Assembly: GCA_050251945.1 (NCBI GenBank)
Contig: JBFWLW010000003.1
Location: 160,001-224,000 of the forward strand
DNA from: Deferribacterales bacterium
GTDB taxonomy: Bacteria > Chrysiogenota > Deferribacteres > Deferribacterales > Geovibrionaceae
Reading direction: 5' to 3'
DNA length: 64,000 bases
Translations under genes and position numbers: made by a program
Notes under the pieces: generated by a model
Seen by the model: only the letters and a program-made list of their open reading frames with translations
The model's database searches: none
Told to the model about the DNA's origin: nothing
Part shown: positions 30,107 to 38,292 of the stretch, piece by piece
Numbering within the stretch: the stretch's first letter is position 1
Layout: the number at the start of each line of letters is the position of its first letter

Positions 30107-30847
30107 TCAATAAAATACCTGCTTGAGATACAGCCCTTCGGCAGGAGCCGTAGGGCCTCCCTTCTTCCTGTTCTTCGTTTCAAGCATCTCTCTGACGCGC
30201 TCAGGTCCGTGTCCGTCGCGGCAGAACTTCACAACCGTTCCGGTAATTATACGCACCATGTTGTGCAGAAAACCGCTGCCGTTCACCTCAAGACACCAGA
30301 GATCGTCCTCTCTGTAGAACTTAGTAAAGTTTATAGTCCTGACACAGTTTTCGCGCAGGCTCTCCGCCGCACAGCAGGCAGTGAAGTCGTGTGTACCTTC
30401 AAAAGCGGCAAGCACTTCCGGCGCCCGCCCGAAATCCACCTGTCCTTTCACCCACCACGCCCTGTTATAATGAAACGCACTGCGCACCCGCGAATGATGC
30501 ATCCTGTACATATACGTTTTTGAAACCGCAGACCTCTGCGAATGGAAATCCGGCGGAACATCCCATGCCTTTGCAATAGAAATATCCATAGGCAGTATGC
30601 TGTTCAGCCCAAGAACGACCGCCTCGTCGGGAACATATATATCAGTGATGAAGTTTGCTGTCTGCCCCAGAGAATGAACGCCTGAATCTGTTCTGCCGGA
30701 GCCGACAGCGTTGACATCCTGCTTATAAAGCACCTTGAGCGCCTTTTGCAGTTCATTCTGAATAGAGGGGGAGTGGGTCTGCCACTGCCATCCGGAATAG
30801 TTTGTCCCGACGTACTGAACTATGACAGCTTTGTTATACAAGGGCAT
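30107..30847 (-). CDS. truA: tRNA pseudouridine(38-40) synthase
   Basis: GRTDSGVH, GTHDF, GFLHNMVR and TAPAEGLYL motifs. Confidence 0.96.
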   Translation of the reverse strand: MPLYNKAVIVQYVGTNYSGWQWQTHSPSIQNELQKALKVLYKQDVNAVGSGRTDSGVHSLGQTANFITDIYVPDEAVVLGLNSILPMDISIAKAWDVPPDFHSQRSAVSKTYMYRMHHSRVRSAFHYNRAWWVKGQVDFGRAPEVLAAFEGTHDFTACCAAESLRENCVRTINFTKFYREDDLWCLEVNGSGFLHNMVRIITGTVVKFCRDGHGPERVREMLETKNRKKGGPTAPAEGLYLKQVFY

Positions 30848-31532
30848 AAAGCACCGCCGCCGCCACGGCGCAGGCACCGAGCAGCATTTCGTACATATTC
30901 GGCAGGCTGATAGGCACCGCGGCATATTCTCCCGCGTCCACCTTCCGCGCAACCGTATCGGCATGCGCAAGCAGACTGTGCATCAGCGGTCTTATGTATT
31001 CGTTGGGACGAAACAGAACTTTATAAGCTTTCCCGCTGTATTCAGGCGAAAGAGTTATCTTTTTAACGGTTCTCTTCGCATCGTCTATGAATATCGGGAT
31101 GAATTCCAGCGCAACCATCATAACTATGCGCAGGTTCTTTCCCGCTGTGCCGCGCACTGGGAAAGACAAAAGAGCAGCAAGCGCCCTCGTATCGGTTATG
31201 GCGGAGAGCAGAACAGAGTAATAGATGATAAGAAAAAAGCGGTATGTGAGAACTGCAGAGCTTTTAAGTCCTGCCGCAAAAAAGAAATTCACCGCAAAAG
31301 TGACTATCAGAACGGTTATAAAAGGTTTGATCTTATAAAAAGTGTCGACAGGACTGAGCCTTGCGAATATCTGTACTGCAATGGCGGGAATTGTTATCAG
31401 TGAATATGACAATACCGAACCGGACATGCCGACCATCTGGATTATACTCAGAAATATGATCAGCTTAACCGCCGGATTCAGCTCGTAAAGAACAGAACCG
31501 GCAGCAGTCTTAACGCCTGCTGCCATGCTCAT
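30834..31532 (-). CDS. ECF transporter transmembrane component T (CbiQ/EcfT-like)
   Basis: LNPAVKL N-terminus, transmembrane helices and VALEFIP motif. Adjacent to truA. Confidence 0.75.
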   Translation of the reverse strand: MSMAAGVKTAAGSVLYELNPAVKLIIFLSIIQMVGMSGSVLSYSLITIPAIAVQIFARLSPVDTFYKIKPFITVLIVTFAVNFFFAAGLKSSAVLTYRFFLIIYYSVLLSAITDTRALAALLSFPVRGTAGKNLRIVMMVALEFIPIFIDDAKRTVKKITLSPEYSGKAYKVLFRPNEYIRPLMHSLLAHADTVARKVDAGEYAAVPISLPNMYEMLLGACAVAAAVLYALV

Positions 31533-31538
31533 TTATTC

Positions 31539-31751
31539 TCAGGATTGCTTTTCTTCGTCGTCAGCGATCTTCTTTTGTGTTTTAGGCGTGATGTCCACAA
31601 CGTCGTCGGTGCTGACATCGTTTGCAGCCTTTTTAAAGTTTCTGATCGCTTTTCCCATACCCTCTCCGATCTGGGGAAGTTTGCCCGCGCCGAAAACAAC
31701 AAGGGCGATAACTAAAATGACAATAATTTCTGTTGAACCAAGTCCGAACAT
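31539..31751 (-). CDS. tatA: Twin-arginine translocase subunit TatA/E
   Basis: EIIVILVIALVVFGAGKLPQIG..MGKAIRNFKK. Confidence 0.95.
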   Translation of the reverse strand: MFGLGSTEIIVILVIALVVFGAGKLPQIGEGMGKAIRNFKKAANDVSTDDVVDITPKTQKKIADDEEKQS

Positions 31752-31797
31752 GTTCTCCTCCGTTGTTACTCACTAATATATGCAATAGTCGAAAAAC

Positions 31798-33267
31798 TCA
31801 ATGTTTATTTATAAAACGTCTTCTGCGTTCATAAATATATATTCCGATAATAAGCAAAACAAGCCACAGATATCCGGTTACAGAAAATATACTCCGCGCG
31901 GTCACCGTCTTGACATCGCAGTCGAGATAACCGGCTTTGTTCAGACCGAATTCCGCCTGAATGGTTCCGTCTGGGTCTATGCATGCAGAAACCCCGGTTT
32001 GCGCCGCACGCACAACACTTCTTCTGTATTCCACAGCCCGCATTATGTCCGTTGCCATGTGCTGATAAGGTCCCTGCGTGTCCCCGAACCAGCTGTCGTT
32101 CGTAACAACGGCTATCATGTTGGCGCCGGCTTCTATCTGTGAGCGGACAAGTCCGCTGTATGCGCTTTCATAACATACAAGGGGAGCCGCCTTTATCTTT
32201 TCATGGTCAAAGACCACAGGCGTCGTTCCGGCGGAAAAATCCTCCGCTCCCTTGAAGAAATAGTAATCTATCGGTTTAAACAGCGCCCCAAGCGGAAAAT
32301 ATTCCCCGAAAGGCACAAGATGTCTCTTGTCGTACGTCTGCACATTCTTACCGTCAAACAGATATACGCTGTTGTAGTATTTTCTGTCCTTCACCTTTCC
32401 GTCGTTTCGTATAACCCCCGCCAGAACGGGTGTTACTTCGGAAACTATGCTCATAAGCCTGTATCCGGTAAAATCTTTGTCCATCATATTCGGATAGACG
32501 CTTTCAGGAAGCATCAGAAGTTCGTAATTCTGAGGCGATGAGTTGCGTATAAGTTCACTCACCTGCAAAATAACCTCAAGTTCCTTATCCATATTCCATT
32601 TATCGTTCTGGCTGTAGGCGGGCTGTATTATCCTCGTTTTCAGTATCTCGTGGTTATATTCCCTGTGCTGTGCCAGAAAACCGTATGAAAACACTGCAAC
32701 AATGACAACCGACGCTATAGCAAACGAATTTCTGTTCCTGTCTCTGATAAAAGACGCCAGCGCAAGGTTGAAATATGCGACGACAAGGCTTATCAGAAAT
32801 TCTCCGCCAAGATCAGCTGCCTGAACCGCCGGCGCAAAGGATGTCTGAGTATGCCCCAGATAAAGCCACGGAAAACCTGTGAAAAGATTGGCGCGCACTA
32901 TCTCAAGGGCGACTATCGCCGTAGCCCCGAGAATATTTGCGGAGGGACGGCGCATATATATCCAGCCGAACAGCGCCCAGAACAGTGCAAGGACAGCGGC
33001 AAACACCGCCACAAGCAACATTCCCACAATGGCGGGCGCACCGCCGAAATGGGAAACGGACGTTTCTACCCATCTCAGGTTGTAACAGTAGTAAAGGAAA
33101 GCGAAAGTGAAGAAAATAAGCCATGGACGTCTATTATCTGAAGCCGACAGAATAACCGGAACCAGCGCGAAATACGCCAGAAACCAGAGGTCGATGCCGG
33201 GAGAGGCAAGGGTCAGCAAAAACGCTGATAATAAAGCCGACAGGTATGGAATGAGTTTCTCTTTCAT
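31798..33267 (-). CDS. lnt: Apolipoprotein N-acyltransferase
   Basis: GFPW, PES, YDKRHLVPFGEY, VCYE and TNDSWFG motifs. Confidence 0.95.
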   Translation of the reverse strand: MKEKLIPYLSALLSAFLLTLASPGIDLWFLAYFALVPVILSASDNRRPWLIFFTFAFLYYCYNLRWVETSVSHFGGAPAIVGMLLVAVFAAVLALFWALFGWIYMRRPSANILGATAIVALEIVRANLFTGFPWLYLGHTQTSFAPAVQAADLGGEFLISLVVAYFNLALASFIRDRNRNSFAIASVVIVAVFSYGFLAQHREYNHEILKTRIIQPAYSQNDKWNMDKELEVILQVSELIRNSSPQNYELLMLPESVYPNMMDKDFTGYRLMSIVSEVTPVLAGVIRNDGKVKDRKYYNSVYLFDGKNVQTYDKRHLVPFGEYFPLGALFKPIDYYFFKGAEDFSAGTTPVVFDHEKIKAAPLVCYESAYSGLVRSQIEAGANMIAVVTNDSWFGDTQGPYQHMATDIMRAVEYRRSVVRAAQTGVSACIDPDGTIQAEFGLNKAGYLDCDVKTVTARSIFSVTGYLWLVLLIIGIYIYERRRRFINKH

Positions 33268-33314
33268 TGGGGAATAATAATATAAGAAGCTGAGAACTGC
33301 AATCTAAAGAAAAG

Positions 33315-33659
33315 TCAAATGCGACAGCCTATCCCGAATCTGCGGCAGAATCTGCCCAGTCTGCTGTCGTCCAGAAGCTCGCCTGTGACCATCTGCACGA
33401 GTATCTTGCCCGCCATACCGCGACCTATAACCATCTTTGTTCCTTCACAGGTGATGATAAGCTCGCCGCCGCCGTCGTTGCCGGATACTTCTACAGAAGC
33501 CCCTTCATAGATGCCCATCTCTTTCAGACGTTTCGCAAAGCGACAGTGGGCGTGGTCTTCACAGTCAATGACCAGCTTTTTGATGATACCGCGGCTTCCC
33601 GCTTTCATCATCACCAGAGGAACTGTCGTAATTACGTTTTCACAGCATGTATTTGACAA
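33315..33659 (-). CDS. feoA: FeoA domain protein
   Basis: RLKEMGIYEG..V and IGRGMAGKILV. TTG start with AGGAG RBS. Confidence 0.82.
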   Translation of the reverse strand: MSNTCCENVITTVPLVMMKAGSRGIIKKLVIDCEDHAHCRFAKRLKEMGIYEGASVEVSGNDGGGELIITCEGTKMVIGRGMAGKILVQMVTGELLDDSRLGRFCRRFGIGCRI

Positions 33660-33687
33660 TTAAATTCTCCTGTTGGGCGAATATACA

Positions 33688-33706
33688 GCAAATGAAACTC
33701 ATTATC
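33688..33706. promoter_or_regulatory. Fur box overlapping the feoA promoter
   Basis: GCAAATGAAACTCATTATC matches GATAATGATAATCATTATC at 15/19. It lies over the minus-strand TTGATA-N17-TATATT promoter. Confidence 0.8.
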
Positions 33707-33824
33707 AATATCAAACTTGTACATAAAATATTAATTTTCAACTGACAAATCAATCATTATTAAAAAAATATATGGAATAAACAGAATTATCGGGTTATTC
33801 TGTAAGTAAGAAAACCAGTCGGGG

Positions 33825-34274
33825 ATGTGTATGCACTATAACACAAAAGACACTCACAACTTATTTTCTCAATACCTGAGCGAACAGAACCTGAGGATGA
33901 CAACGCAGCGCGAACTTATCCTTAAGACCTTCTGCAAACAGAAGAAGCACGTCACCGCCGAACAGCTTTACGAAGTATTGAAAAAAGTCGACCCCACTAT
34001 CGGACACGCAACTGTTTACCGGACAATGAAACTCCTTACCGAAGCGGGAATAGCACGGGAACTCAACTTCGGCGAGGGTTCGGTGCGCTATGAACCGGAC
34101 ACCAGCAAAGAACACCACGACCACCTTGTCTGCGTTAAATGCGGCGAGAACATAGAGTTCCTTGATGAAGAGATTGAAAATCTTCAGAAGAGGGTGGTGT
34201 CAAAATACGGATATGAGCTTGTCGACCATTCGCTGAATCTTTACGGCATCTGCCCGAAGTGTCAGAAAAGTTAA
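33825..34274 (+). CDS. fur: Ferric uptake regulator family protein
   Basis: ATVYRT, HHDHLVCVKCG and C-terminal CPKC. Confidence 0.92.
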   Translation: MCMHYNTKDTHNLFSQYLSEQNLRMTTQRELILKTFCKQKKHVTAEQLYEVLKKVDPTIGHATVYRTMKLLTEAGIARELNFGEGSVRYEPDTSKEHHDHLVCVKCGENIEFLDEEIENLQKRVVSKYGYELVDHSLNLYGICPKCQKS

Positions 34275-34322
34275 TATCGGAAATAACTTCCTGTTATTTT
34301 TGATTAACGCTCCAGCTACACG

Positions 34323-34612
34323 TTCCGTCTTCGCGAGGAATGAAATGACGACGCGATCTGATCACTTCAGCAACAATAAAGGCATCGGTAATTCTATGCG
34401 GTTCAGACTGCTTCACCCCGATGGGGTTCGCAGAGACAAATAGGAAAGTTACAAAATAATATAAAGAAGATAACCTGACATTTCTGTTTCCGTCTTCGCG
34501 AGGAATTAAATGACGACGCGATCTGATCACTTCAGAAACAATAAAAGCACCGGTAATTCTATGCGGTTCAGACTGCTTCACCCCGATAGGGTTCGCAGAG
34601 ACAAATAAGAAA
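34323..34612. repeat. Tandem duplication of a 125-bp REP-doublet unit (34323-34447 and 34488-34612)
   Basis: Period 165 bp with about 6 mismatches. Each unit is GTCTTCGCGAGG..GACGCGATCT plus AGACTGCTTC..CGCAGAGAC. Confidence 0.9.
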
Positions 34613-34649
34613 ACTGACGCAGGAATGCGAAGCAGATAAGCAGCAAAAA

Positions 34650-36038
34650 CTACTGCATCAGGTCGGTTACGGGAACAATCTTCACACCCATCTTTTCTAT
34701 CTCCGCCAAAGCATCAGGCAATGCACTGACCGTTCCGTCACGCAAATGTCCGATGGCTATTGAACTGCCGTTTGAAAGCGCTTTTTTCGCCGCAGACAAA
34801 AGCTGAACGTGAACGTGGTTCTCTTTGTCGTTCTTTGTCACAAGCCCCGGTTCCTCATTATCAAGGAACGTACTGTTAGCCGCGCATTTCATGCCTGCTT
34901 TGCGGCACTCGTCATACGCCTTGGAAGCGGGTGATGTGTGGCTGTCCAGAAATCTTCCGGTGTACAGCTTCATATATTTCAGCGCCTGTTCCATCTTTCC
35001 GGCATCCTCAGTATAGGCGGAACCTGTATGGTTGTTAGCACCGTCAAGCTGCATTCCGAAATATGCAAAATTCGCTCTGGTGACAGCTCCGATGAGCGCA
35101 TCCGGCATGTTGAGAAGCAGAGCGCCCTTGCCCGGATCAAAATCCGGATATGCTTTGGGCTGCATGGGGAAGTGTATGAAAACAGTGTTAGAACTTCTTT
35201 TGGCTATTTTCGCGGTCTCCACGCCGTAAGGGGTATATGGAATTATTGCGAACGTAACCGGATAACCGATATTTGCCAGCTGTTTTGCCAGCGGTATGCT
35301 GTATCCGCAGTCGTCTATTACCACCGCGAGTTTTGCGGTATATTTTATAGGTTTCTTCACTGCAGGTTTGGGTGCAGGTAAAGGAACGGGCGCAGGTTTT
35401 GGTTTAACCGTTTGTTTCGGCGGTTCCGGTCTTTTCTCTGCAACTTTTTTCTCTTCCGCTTTCGGCTTAGTTTCAACTTTAGGCTTTTCCGTAACTTTCG
35501 GAGCCTTCGGCACAAAGAAACCGATTGAATATTCGCCGTGGGTGTCTTTTACCACCAGAGGGGATTTCGAGGCTATCTCAAGTCCGTTCTCTTTCATGTA
35601 GTCTCTGAGACCTGCGGAAAGTTTTTTCGCATCTCTGTCGCTGTCCGCCTGAATAGTGATGGACATATCGGTACGGCTTATTCTGTCCTGACTTAAACCT
35701 TTGTCGAACATGAACAGTTTGACAGCGTTAACAGCGCTGACCACTTCAACGGGTTTTTCAACCGTCTTCTCTATGGTCTTTTCGACTATCTTAACTTCCG
35801 GTTCCGGTTTCTTTTCCGGTTTCGGAGCTTCCTTTTTCTTTTCAACAACAGCCTTTTCAGGTACGGCAGGCTTTTTCACCGGGGATTTTTCGTCATCCTT
35901 CATCATATAAAACAAAGACGCAATGAGAAGGGGCATAAAGATTATCAGTATACCGATGGGAAATTGCTTTTTGTTTCCGCCTTTCTGTGTGCGTCTGGGT
36001 CTTGCTGCGGGTTTTCTTACGTTCTTTCTGGGAGGCAT
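34650..36038 (-). CDS. Divergent polysaccharide deacetylase family (YibQ-like), membrane anchored with Pro/Lys-rich linker
   Basis: AVVIDDCG, HFPMQP, NNHTGS, FLDS.T, FLDN and IAIGH motifs. Confidence 0.9.
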   Translation of the reverse strand: MPPRKNVRKPAARPRRTQKGGNKKQFPIGILIIFMPLLIASLFYMMKDDEKSPVKKPAVPEKAVVEKKKEAPKPEKKPEPEVKIVEKTIEKTVEKPVEVVSAVNAVKLFMFDKGLSQDRISRTDMSITIQADSDRDAKKLSAGLRDYMKENGLEIASKSPLVVKDTHGEYSIGFFVPKAPKVTEKPKVETKPKAEEKKVAEKRPEPPKQTVKPKPAPVPLPAPKPAVKKPIKYTAKLAVVIDDCGYSIPLAKQLANIGYPVTFAIIPYTPYGVETAKIAKRSSNTVFIHFPMQPKAYPDFDPGKGALLLNMPDALIGAVTRANFAYFGMQLDGANNHTGSAYTEDAGKMEQALKYMKLYTGRFLDSHTSPASKAYDECRKAGMKCAANSTFLDNEEPGLVTKNDKENHVHVQLLSAAKKALSNGSSIAIGHLRDGTVSALPDALAEIEKMGVKIVPVTDLMQ

Positions 36039-36039
36039 A

Positions 36040-36402
36040 TCACCACGACATTATAGCTGCTTCATCAGACAGCAGAATATTGAAAAAGTATTTGGATTCC
36101 GCCTGTTCGCATCCGGCGATGAGATCCAGCGCGCTTATGTTCAGGCTTTTCATATCGTCCACACCCACAAGAACACGTCCGCCCTCTTTAAGAAATTCTC
36201 TGACAGCGTCCAGAGATTCTGTCTGGGTTGTGGGAACGATAAAAGAAGGTTTAGATTTATCTGCGATGAGAACCCCTTCGGCAGACAGCAGTAAAAAGAC
36301 TGTGGCTGAATAGTCGAATGCAGATTTTGCAAAGCGGAGCGCCTTGCCCGCCTTTATAGGTTCGCTTGATGTGAGATGCACAACTATGATTTTATCCGGC
36401 AC
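36040..36402 (-). CDS. DsrE/DsrF-like family protein
   Basis: Size and pattern (ALRFA..VFLLL..EGV). GGAGG RBS before the GTG start. Confidence 0.6.
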   Translation of the reverse strand: MPDKIIVVHLTSSEPIKAGKALRFAKSAFDYSATVFLLLSAEGVLIADKSKPSFIVPTTQTESLDAVREFLKEGGRVLVGVDDMKSLNISALDLIAGCEQAESKYFFNILLSDEAAIMSW

Positions 36403-36467
36403 GGCGTATCCTCCGTAGAATAATATTATACAGCATAGCCGTTAAATGTGAAGAGTTAAAAGAAATT

Positions 36468-37232
36468 TCAGGAGGCTGTGAAATATACCGCTTCTATGAG
36501 TTCCTGTGCGCGGCGGGTGATATATTTTCTGTCATGTTCAAGACTGCTCATACCCTCCATGAAAGAAACGTCGACATCCGTTCTGCGCACTGAGGCAAAA
36601 CGGGAAAAATGTGGAGCAAAGCTCATATCTCCGTACCAGCATACAAAATCGCAGTTTTCCGGTGAAAAGCTTTCGCCGTCTATCTTTGAATATTTCAGGC
36701 AGACCGGAACAACGTCCACACCCGCTTCGGAAGCGCCCGCCAGAAAGGAGGAACGGAACGGAAGTATCTGCGAACCGTCGGTTGATGTTCCTTCGGGAAA
36801 AAGCACAACGTTGAATCCCTGCGATATTATCTTTGTGATGCCGTCAAGCTCCCCTTTGATGTTCCGCACGTTTCGCCGCTCAACAAAAAAGGTACCGCCT
36901 ATCTTTGCCAGAAAACCCAGAAGGAAGGTTTTTTCAATTTCCACGGAAGATATAAAAACGGATGGTTTTACAGACGACAGAACAAGTATGTCCAGATACG
37001 ACATATGATTGCACACCATCAGTCTGCCGCGTCCGTCATTTTCAAATGCTTCATCCGCGTGTACGCGAACGCCGAGAAATCTGCCGCCTATGCGGCACAT
37101 CACTGAGGTCCACCACACGGACACTTTGCGGCGGTTCACATCCGTAACGGCATAAAGCCGCAGCACCAGCGCACCGGCGATAAACACACAGAACAGAAAA
37201 ACAGCTCCTGTAAGTTTGTAAGCTTTAAACAT
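36468..37232 (-). CDS. PlsC-family acyltransferase (OlsA-like lyso-ornithine lipid O-acyltransferase)
   Basis: NHMSYLD and FPEGTST motifs, WYGDM.F..H segment, directly downstream of the GNAT gene. Confidence 0.82.
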   Translation of the reverse strand: MFKAYKLTGAVFLFCVFIAGALVLRLYAVTDVNRRKVSVWWTSVMCRIGGRFLGVRVHADEAFENDGRGRLMVCNHMSYLDILVLSSVKPSVFISSVEIEKTFLLGFLAKIGGTFFVERRNVRNIKGELDGITKIISQGFNVVLFPEGTSTDGSQILPFRSSFLAGASEAGVDVVPVCLKYSKIDGESFSPENCDFVCWYGDMSFAPHFSRFASVRRTDVDVSFMEGMSSLEHDRKYITRRAQELIEAVYFTAS

Positions 37233-37233
37233 A

Positions 37234-38106
37234 TTACTTCAAAAATTTACGAACGAACGCAGGATCCATTTTTTTGCGGTCGATGAGCGTAAGATAATCG
37301 TAACACTTGAACGCCTTGTCATATGCCGGCTTTCCGCAGACAAAACCGCCCGCTTTCAGATATGAAAGAAGGAGCGGCGGAATGAGGTTCACGGCGGCAT
37401 CGCGGAAGGGTGCAAAACGCTCCTCGCCAGTCTTTTCTATCATCCTGTCAAATTTTTTGTCCCTGAACTTTCCACGGGGGCTTATGCCATCGTACTCTTT
37501 CGGCAGATATCCGCTGTTTCCCAGCCAGTGGTGGATAAGCGCCGTCTGGAAAGTATCGTCGGAGTGAATTGACGAACAGCCGAACATATATCTTGAATCG
37601 GTGATGGACATGTAAGCGCCAAGCCCTTTCCAAAGAGCCGCTATTGTCGCTCCGTTGCGGTAGTCGGGGTGTACGCACGCGCGTCCCAGCTCTATCTTAT
37701 GTCCGGAAAGCTCTTTTATCTCGTCCATGTGGAACTCTTTCTCGGAATAGAATTTTTTATTGAATCTTGTACTGTTCAGCCTGTAAGTGCCCACAGGTCT
37801 GCCGCTTTTTTTGTCAATGATGGCAAGGTGGTCGAAGAAAGTATCAAACTTGTCAACATCTATGCCGTAAAGGTCGGTTTTGTACGCGTATTCACCGTAA
37901 AACACCTGATAACGCAGGCGTAAAACTTCCATAAGCTCTTCGCCGTTCTCAATTATCTTGATAATAAATCTGCTGTTGTCCTCACAGAAATTAGTGTTGG
38001 GGCGATATGTGCGTATACGAAAGCGCAGAGTTTTTGATACGTCTCTGATAACTCCGACAGCTTTTTTCACATTCGCTGGAGCCAGCTTTTCCTTTAGAGC
38101 ATTCAT
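37234..38106 (-). CDS. GNAT N-acyltransferase (OlsB-like)
   Basis: LRLRYQVF, DVDKFD...HL, VGTYRL, FYSEKEF, ELGRACVHPDYR, LWKG and PPLL..Y. Start ATG 38106 with GAGGT RBS. Confidence 0.85.
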   Translation of the reverse strand: MNALKEKLAPANVKKAVGVIRDVSKTLRFRIRTYRPNTNFCEDNSRFIIKIIENGEELMEVLRLRYQVFYGEYAYKTDLYGIDVDKFDTFFDHLAIIDKKSGRPVGTYRLNSTRFNKKFYSEKEFHMDEIKELSGHKIELGRACVHPDYRNGATIAALWKGLGAYMSITDSRYMFGCSSIHSDDTFQTALIHHWLGNSGYLPKEYDGISPRGKFRDKKFDRMIEKTGEERFAPFRDAAVNLIPPLLLSYLKAGGFVCGKPAYDKAFKCYDYLTLIDRKKMDPAFVRKFLK

Positions 38107-38123
38107 AGACACCTCACAGTATA

Positions 38124-38263
38124 TGTCTGAAAAATAGCAACCAAATGTCAAAAAACGGTGCGGGTTTTGCAATATATCCATCAAATATTTCACGGCAGCG
38201 GGCATTTATAACAAATATCTGACATTTCAGGGAAATTATGCTGACAAGGCAGGCATATATATT
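38124..38263. promoter_or_regulatory. Divergent promoter region with 11-bp-phased T(G/A)ACA direct repeats (OmpR/PhoB-type boxes)
   Basis: Plus strand: TAACA 38209, TGACA 38220, TGACA 38242, then TATATT 38258. Minus strand: TGACA 38150-38146 and AGACA 38128-38124. Confidence 0.5.
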
Positions 38264-38292
38264 AGTCCATACATAATATGAGAGGTCGGCAA

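Noticed and set aside
34294..34581. 95-aa ORF with an internal duplication
   Set aside because: It is a translation of the tandem palindromic repeat, with no RBS or recognisable domain.
34323..34612. Possible CRISPR array
   Set aside because: There are only two 125-bp units, no series of unique spacers and no cas genes. It belongs to the REP-like family.
35350..35880. Pro/Lys/Glu-rich low-complexity repeats in the YibQ-like protein (similar at 47230-47420 and 45680-45780)
   Set aside because: These are ordinary flexible linkers of envelope proteins, not DNA repeat elements.
37721..37736. parS-like sequence TCGTCCATGTGGAACT
   Set aside because: It has at least three mismatches in the arms and lies inside a CDS, so it is probably chance.
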